64,000 nt of DNA from Amoebidium appalachense (Eukaryota > Protista > Ichthyosporea). The position numbers and the translations under genes were made by a program. Location: assembly GCA_963693365.1 (NCBI GenBank), contig CAVNZM010000016.1:2157984-2221983 (forward strand). Direction: 5' to 3'. The notes beneath the pieces were generated by a model, which saw only the letters and a program-made list of their open reading frames with translations, did no database searches and had not been told where the DNA came from. Positions 37,491-64,000 of this stretch are shown piece after piece; position 1 is the stretch's first letter, and the number at the start of each line of letters is the position of its first letter.

Positions 37491-40345
37491 CTATAATTTT
37501 GTAGTGATGTGTTTCTCAAGCCAATCAATACATCTAATAAACAGGTCGTAGTTACGCGTGTTTAGTATAAAATCAAGGATGTTGTAATTTACAGGTAGGC
37601 TATCTTTCTGGGTGTCTGTTGTGAATGTGACGTGTGTGTGTTGCGGTATTATGTGGTCTATCAAACTACATTTGGCGATACATGACCGGTTAAACTGGTG
37701 TGTGTGTGTGTTGTTTGGGCATGCAAATGATGCCACCTTATACTTATTAGATCTCCACTGTATAGCACGTGTACAGTAAAAGCGTGGTAATTGATCAATA
37801 ATACCATCAGCTAGAGAAAGACCAGTTCTACAGGAAGGTAATATGTATTTAGGTGTTATACACTTGCGAGTGCCATATTTGGCAATATGGTTGAGGCGGT
37901 CAGTATATATAAAACGAGACATAAGGCTTAGTTTTTCAAGGTGTATGCTTTCATCGGGTCTAGTGTCGTGTGGTATCTTTTTCCATTTGTTATATTGCGT
38001 GATTATCTTGTGATTGTGTACATGTTTAATAAGTAAGTGGCAGTCCAAAGTCACACACACACTATTGCGGGGTTTATTTGTATTTGTGCCCAGGGGAGAA
38101 GGGGAGAGAGAGGGGAGGAAAGAGGGGAGAGGTGAGGAGGGGACAGGTCGGATAGAGAAGAGAGGGTGGGAGGGCAAATACTTCTTTAAGCGGCTTATGT
38201 GCTTATTGAATTTCAGCGCGAGATAGGATACTCTAGCAGCTATTGGGACCAGACCATATATCGAGAGCGTTACAGGCCCAGGTTTACAACAGTTGTTAGA
38301 TAGAAAGGAGGCAACTTCTGCTTCAAGGAAATTTGCCAAGGGTTTAAGCGCTCTAGTTCTCTCTTTCTTGATCCAAGCGGCGAGAAGGGGTAAACCATAT
38401 TCACATGCCGGGAAGACAAAAGTGCGAATAAATGTAAGTCTAATAGAAGGATGGAGGGGTGTGTCTTTAAAAATATTAGCCGAGAAGAAAGCTAACCGCT
38501 TACGAGCCAACTCTACCCTCTTTTCGACCATATGGGGAAACATAACACCAACAGAATCAACCGGAACACCAAGATATTTGTATTCTGGAACTATAGGTAC
38601 AGGTTTAGATGATAATGTAAATGTGTGTAAATTGTTAGCTATATCAGGTACAAGAACACCACATTTGTCTATGTTAAGGATCATAAGGTTTGCCTTGCAC
38701 CACTCTGACACTACATCGAACAATCTTTGCAGGCGTCTAGGGGTACGGGCAAGGAGGGACAGATCATCAGCATAGAGAAGTGCAGGCGGAAAGTTATTAA
38801 TAGGGTCATCGTTTTCGGCGTAAATCTTGACAGCCAAATCATCTATAAATAGGTTAAACAAAAAGGGGCTAAGCAATGAACCCTGCAAGAGACCTCTAGT
38901 ACGAGCAAAACCATATGAAAGATGCCCATTAACCACAGCTCTACCATAGGTTTGAGACAAGAGTGCTTCTAACAGAACACCAATGCAGTGTGGTACACCC
39001 CGTGCAGCAAGCTTTTCCCATAGGAGACCAGGGGAGACAGAATCGTAAGCAGTTTTCCAATCAATAAAGCCAACATATTGTGCACCAACTTGCATAGAAT
39101 CGTGCAGTGCCATTATTTGAACATAACATGAATTGTTTTTACGAAAAGCGGATTGGCATGGGTGTATGTGAAGAATAGATTGAAACCTAGGGTGATGTGC
39201 AAATAACCTAAGTAAGCAAGCTTCAAAGAATCTACGAACAACCTGGGTTAGTGTAATGGGGCGAAAGGATGATATGGGGCCCTCAGAGTCCTTCTTAACT
39301 ATGGGGATCACTAAGGTATCTAACCAAGATGACGGGACATGTCCACATTTAACACACCAAGAAAAGAGAGAGCTTAACATGATAGTAAGATCAGGTTTAA
39401 TAGCACGATCACTTTCCTTTTGTGGGTAGGAGGGAACAAGGATTTTAAGAAACCCAGCAGGGAGTCCATCAGGTCCACAAGACTTACTAGAGCTATAACT
39501 AGATATCACAGACCATATGGCATCGGGACTGAAAAAGGGGAGGATCGATTCTATGGGGATAGATGGGTCTACAGGCCACACAATAGGTTTCTGAGCGGGG
39601 GTCCTATCTTTAAACAGTTCCGAGAAATACTTATCAGAGTCTATGAGGGGGTCTCCAGTGGTATCACCAATAATACGAGCAGGGGGGCCAAATCGATTCA
39701 TACTAGCAAGCCGGCGCAAGCTTTCCTTTTGAGACAGGGGTTCACCTAGTCTAGCGGGAGTGGTGTTTGGTAACAAGAGAGCATCGGGGTATTCCTTCCT
39801 ACCACCGCCAGCATAATCACCGAGATCTATCAAATCATCAACAATAAAGTTAGTGCATGTATCTAGTACGAGATGTGAATCTGGCCTGGCTTGTGCAGAT
39901 TCTAATAGGCGCATATATATAGGGTGTTTCGTAGCATAGCATACACATACATCAACTCTACCCCACTGTGACTTAAGCTGGGATAGACGGAGGCGAAAGG
40001 TGGGAGGGGGGAGGGGGGAGCAGATCAAGGGAGATCTTAGGTAGGAAAAGGATAGGAGAGTGGTCAGATGACCTAGAGAGGTTAGGAGGGAGAGAGAGTT
40101 TTGACATGGTTGATGGCCAAAAGGCCACTCCCCAGTCGGTGTTGTGGGCATGGGATATTTGAGGGAACCGCAAAGTGTGACTTTGGACATACCTTGCTAA
40201 AGGGATAGCACGCTCCGGGGGCTTAGATGGGTACCCGACACTCACTTGCAGTGTGTCTGTGTGGTGGAGTCGCGTGTTAAAATCACCTAAAATAACAGTG
40301 GACATTGGTAACTGTGACAACTCGTGAGTCAATTCGAAACTCGTG
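37491..40345 (-). mobile_element. 5'-truncated non-LTR retrotransposon (APE endonuclease + RT)
   Basis: APE motifs VILGDFN...SDHSPI (frame 39973-40332), frameshifted in a C-run near 40010 into the long ORF with GPDGLP, FRPITL, QSAFR, FIDWKTAYDSV, RGLLQGSLLSPFLFNLFIDDL, LYADD, YKYLG. The stop is followed directly by a (CA)n tail. A 19-bp duplication sits at the 5' junction (~40319-40356). Confidence 0.93.
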
Positions 40346-40888
40346 AGTCAATTCGAACTAGGGAGCTGACTCAGTGTTTGCGCAATCCCGAAACGCAATG
40401 CCAAAACATTTCTCGAGGACCACGACTTCATGAATTCCTCAACTTGCACCTGACTATAGTCACGTCAGGCTTATTTTGAGGGCTCATCTGAGATCGTTCT
40501 GAAGTTTTTTTTTTTTTAAAGATCCAATAGATCATATTCTGAAGTAGGATGTAAAGACCATATGTAACAACGACAGCCACATAGGTCTATGCCTGCACAC
40601 AAGTCTTGCAAGAGGCATTCGCACGAATGACACCCAGAGAGCATGGGGTCTAAACATCAGCGCTTTTACAGATTAGTCAGCAAGCTGATGGCAGATAGAA
40701 GGTTTATTGTTCCTGTAATGCATTAGTGTTCATGTATGCGAGCTTTCGAAAACAGCATCTCTATCACACTTAATCGGTATTTTTTCTAGCAAGAGTCGGT
40801 GCGAATTTGCGGTTGGAAACAGTGGTGTGAACTGTTTTATGGTGCACAAAAGTACAACTCTGCCTGCCATCCGCTCAAATAAAGCAAC

Positions 40889-60193
<19,305 letters not shown>

Positions 60194-60837
60194 ATGTGCA
60201 ATTGCTCGCAAAAATACCGGAAATCTCGGTTAAAAAATTACGGGAATTTCATTGAGAGGCGTTCGAATGTTTCATCCCTATGCATGAGTATGAAAACACT
60301 GGTGTGAATGTAGGTGTCTGGGTATGATTGAAGATATATTATAAAAGTAAAGTAATGGTAAGCTAGTGCGCGCACACAGACACACATGCAGACACGCTTG
60401 CAAGCACACACAAGTGCGCACAGCAAGACAGACGCGCATACACGCACATACATGCATACACACACTCGCGCGCACACACACACCATCACCCACACGTGTG
60501 TGTGTGTTTGTGTGTGTCCTTGGTATGTCCTAAAGGAATGGGTAAACACATGTCAAGGGCTTTTGAATGAGCTTGTGAATGTTTTGTATAACTGTGTGTA
60601 TACTACGCGTATATGTGTGGGTATGTGCTATTAAGGCATGTATGTAAATTGAATGTGTTTTTACTCAACAGCATGAATTTCCTTGCCCAAAATGTGGTAA
60701 ATATGTATTGTAACAGTTACAAGGGCTTTCCATTTCCAATAAAAAACTAACTAGTATTCACCCCCCCCCCCCCCCCCCCCCTTCAAAAAAAAAAGAAAAA
60801 GAAAAAGAAAAGAAAACACTCACACACACACGTGTAC

Positions 60838-60893
<56 letters not shown>

Positions 60894-61471
60894 CCCACCC
60901 ACCCTCTCCCCACCCCCCATCACCACCACCATCAAGACCACCACCACTCGCACAGACACAAGCAAAAATATTGAAATAATTAAACCGAACACTGTTTAAT
61001 AGCATGATATGCACCCTGTCTCCCCGCCTTAGTTATGGTATACGTATGCCAAAGCATAATACTAATATGAGAGTAGTTGCAGCTCTGTTTTGACACTGTC
61101 AAGATGAGATAGTTAGTTTTTTCTTTCTTTCTTTCAGTTACTTTCTTTCTTTTTTTTTTTTTTTTTGGGATAGTCGTGGTGATATTTTCCTCGATCAAAA
61201 TCCATGCACAAATCACAGAAGAAACAACCGAGGATTCTCGTGAGCCACTGCGCCAAAAATAGAATAGAATGATTTGTTCAGGAAAAGCGCGCCAACGTCA
61301 GGCCCGGCAACGTGCGCAAAACAAAACAACTAAAAACGGAACGTCGGGAAAAAAAAAGTATCACAATAGGCGCGTTGTTTCTGTATCCGTCTTTTTCCCA
61401 TCACTTTGCAAAAACACAAACCCCTGTTCACATTTCCAGCACAAGCCAAAACACAACACAACATCAGCACC

Positions 61472-62209
61472 ATGACGACACGCAACAGCGATGAATGCTG
61501 CGATGTTATGGCGGCAAAGAGCACCCCTACTGGTGGCGACGGTGATGTCATCACCCTTCCCTCGGGCCTGAAGCTCTATGTGAGCGGCGCCCCCTCCGCG
61601 AATGGCGTGTTGGTCATCTACGACATTTTCGGGTTCGACATGGACGGAACACGCCGTGTGTGTGATGAGCTTGCGCAAGCTGGATTCACAGTTTGTATGG
61701 CCGATGTTTTCCACCACCAGCCGTGGGACGCAAATGATTTCCCGCCCAAGGATGGCCAGCATTTCATGACGTGGATTCGCAGCTGGACGTTCGATCGCAT
61801 TAAGGATGACCTTCAATACGCCGTGGAATACCTCAAGAACAAAGGATGTGAAAACATCGGAGCGATTGGTTTCTGTTGGGGTGGGAGGATGGCTCTCTAT
61901 GCAACTACTAGCTCCGAGCTGGGTTTGAAGGGGTCGGTAGTTTGCCACCCGGCTGAGGTCCCTGTCGAAGTGGCGAACGATTCGAAATGTCCCATTTTGG
62001 TTCTTCCTGCACAGGAGGACAAAACTCACCAAGAACACTGCGACATCATCAACAAGAAGGGGTTTGCGGTTGAGAGCAGATCGCATCAGTTCAAAGATAA
62101 GCCGCATGGGTTCATTCCCCGCGGTGATAGGAGCGACCCCGACACTGTTAAGGCGCAGAATGAGGCGGTGGGGATGGCGATTGACTTCCTTAAGCGGGTC
62201 TGTGCTTAG
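61472..62209 (+). CDS. Dienelactone hydrolase family alpha/beta hydrolase (CMBL/AIM2-like), intronless, 245 aa
   Basis: caccATG start; VLVIYDIFG, nucleophile elbow GFCWGG, Asp in AQED, His in PHGF. Confidence 0.93.
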   Translation: MTTRNSDECCDVMAAKSTPTGGDGDVITLPSGLKLYVSGAPSANGVLVIYDIFGFDMDGTRRVCDELAQAGFTVCMADVFHHQPWDANDFPPKDGQHFMTWIRSWTFDRIKDDLQYAVEYLKNKGCENIGAIGFCWGGRMALYATTSSELGLKGSVVCHPAEVPVEVANDSKCPILVLPAQEDKTHQEHCDIINKKGFAVESRSHQFKDKPHGFIPRGDRSDPDTVKAQNEAVGMAIDFLKRVCA

Positions 62210-63393
62210 AGATGTCAGGTGGGTGGGGGAGGTGAGGATGGGTTGGAAGGTCGCCCCTCTTAGGGTTAGTGTTTGATGGGATGAGTTTGTTTGCATAATT
62301 TTGGATGGCTATATATGGCTATGGTAAACGGGGTTGTATCTAGAAACGAGCAGCAATATTGCACGTGATGTGTTTTTTCACCTAAAACGTGAGAAAGTGG
62401 GTTCGTGTATACAAGAAACGGAAGGAGCCTGCCCGTCACATCTAACATCTTAAAAGCGGCTCCTGAGGAGCAATTGTAGCTTTGTGAACAACTAAACACT
62501 GCTAATCGTAATGGTGTGTTACGTTCCACCGACTTCGTCTTTTGTCCCCCCGTCCTCCCCTCCCCTCCCCACCCGCCCGCCTGACCCTTCCCCCCCTCCC
62601 CCTCCACATTCTCCTTCCGTTTGCCCACTCTGTATGTGACGGTGTAGTGGGGGGGGGGGGGGGGGGGGGGGGGGGAAGGAAAGGGGGCAGCAGAGGTCTC
62701 TCTTAATCATTCCATCCCTTTCTTCCTCTCTCCCTTCCCCCATCCCACCCTCCCTCCTCCTCCCCCCCCCCCCCCTCCCCCCCCAAACCCCACCCCCCAA
62801 CCATCCACCTCCCACCCCCTCTGGCTCTTGCTCTCTCTTTACTGTGTGTGTATGTGCCACTTGTCCTCAGCCCCTCAACCACTGCCCTTTTGGTGTCCAG
62901 AGGCCGTGCTCCAACCCTTGCCCTCCCCCCACCCCTCCCCCCCCCCCCCCCCCCGCTCTCCCCTCCCCTTCCCCCAAACACACAGAGCACACAGATCTGA
63001 GAGAAATGAGGGGGTGGGGAGAACGAGCGAGAAAGAAACCCCTTATTATTACGGCCCCTCCCTGAATTTCTCACTCCACCTCTACATCTGCTCGCTCATA
63101 CTAATGCATTTGTACCGTTTTTTAGCCCTATAAGCGGCTCCCACGTCTCAGACCTTTTGTACCGCCTCCCGCCGGGCCCTTGCCCTCAATATATGAACTC
63201 AGACTATTTCAGATCGACAAAGTCCCTATTGCTCGACCTGCGCTGTGCCTCCCCCCCCTCCCCCTCTCCCCCCGGTGGGAGGATGGCCAGGCTCTGCTTA
63301 CTATAATTACGTGTGCACTCTGCAATGTATTGTCTGTTTAAGGGTATATATCGTGCTTTACAAAACGTATTTAACACACTGATTGTATTCCTC

Positions 63394-63438
<45 letters not shown>

Positions 63439-63619
63439 ACACACACAATGTGTCACACACACATCTCAAACCCCACGTGCACAACCCCGGGTCCTGTTTG
63501 GGTGCACACACGTGCACGCCATGGGCCACACAAAACACAAAACGTTAACCTATGCTGTTTTGATCGATTTAAAGATCATATGCTTGTTGTGCAGCTGTGG
63601 TGGTGGTGGTGGTGGTGGT

Positions 63620-63659
<40 letters not shown>

Positions 63660-64000
63660 GTACATGCACCCAGAAACTTAAAGCGCTAAGAGTGCTGGTA
63701 TGAGACTGAGGATAGGAAAACAACAGACATAGCAGTATGAGTTGCCTAACAGCTACCGGACATACATATGGGTCAGAGTGGTGTGTGTTTGTATGTGCCA
63801 GGCTGTGTACACATGTGTGTTTGTGCACGTGAGTGTGTGCATGTGTGTGTGTAGCGCGCCCGTGACGTGTGTGTGTGTGGGTGGAGGAGGGGAGGAGGTT
63901 GGGGGGGGGGGGGGGGGGGGGGGGGGAGGGGGGTAGATTATGCCGCCAATGACAAGGGACACATTCATGACAAATGTACACGTGACAACACGACAACACA

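Noticed and set aside
61361-62296. 311-aa minus-strand ORF
   Set aside because: Antisense shadow of the dienelactone hydrolase.

Overview
Repeat-rich, intron-rich eukaryotic DNA, probably a unicellular holozoan or similar protist. This is inferred from a clear DHX40 orthologue, an EGF exon, GT-AG introns and very long (GT)n/(C)n tracts. About 1-12.7 kb is a decaying, intronless, virus-like island. It carries a Polinton/Maverick-type rve integrase (open at the window edge), a phage-type N6-adenine DNA methyltransferase broken by one stop, several orphan ORFs and a possible SSB-like gene. Two young non-autonomous LTR elements have inserted into it. One is a 3.6-kb Ty3/Gypsy derivative with apparently identical 480-bp LTRs, a tRNA-Arg PBS and a decayed pol saturated with a strand-specific ACGAA motif. 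The other is a 1.2-kb Copia-type TRIM that splits a gene. A solo LTR, a LINE RT relic, foldback elements and a possible 5-kb TIR-bounded element carrying an orphan EGF exon follow. Host genes were reconstructed by hand: a 10-exon geranylgeranyl-reductase-family flavoprotein (minus, 23.9-32.6 kb), a 23-exon DHX40-like DEAH helicase (plus, 40.9-60.2 kb) and an intronless dienelactone hydrolase (61.5-62.2 kb). A 5'-truncated APE-RT LINE lies between the first two. Most of the ORF track beyond 15 kb is microsatellite noise. All calls come from reading the sequence; no searches were run.
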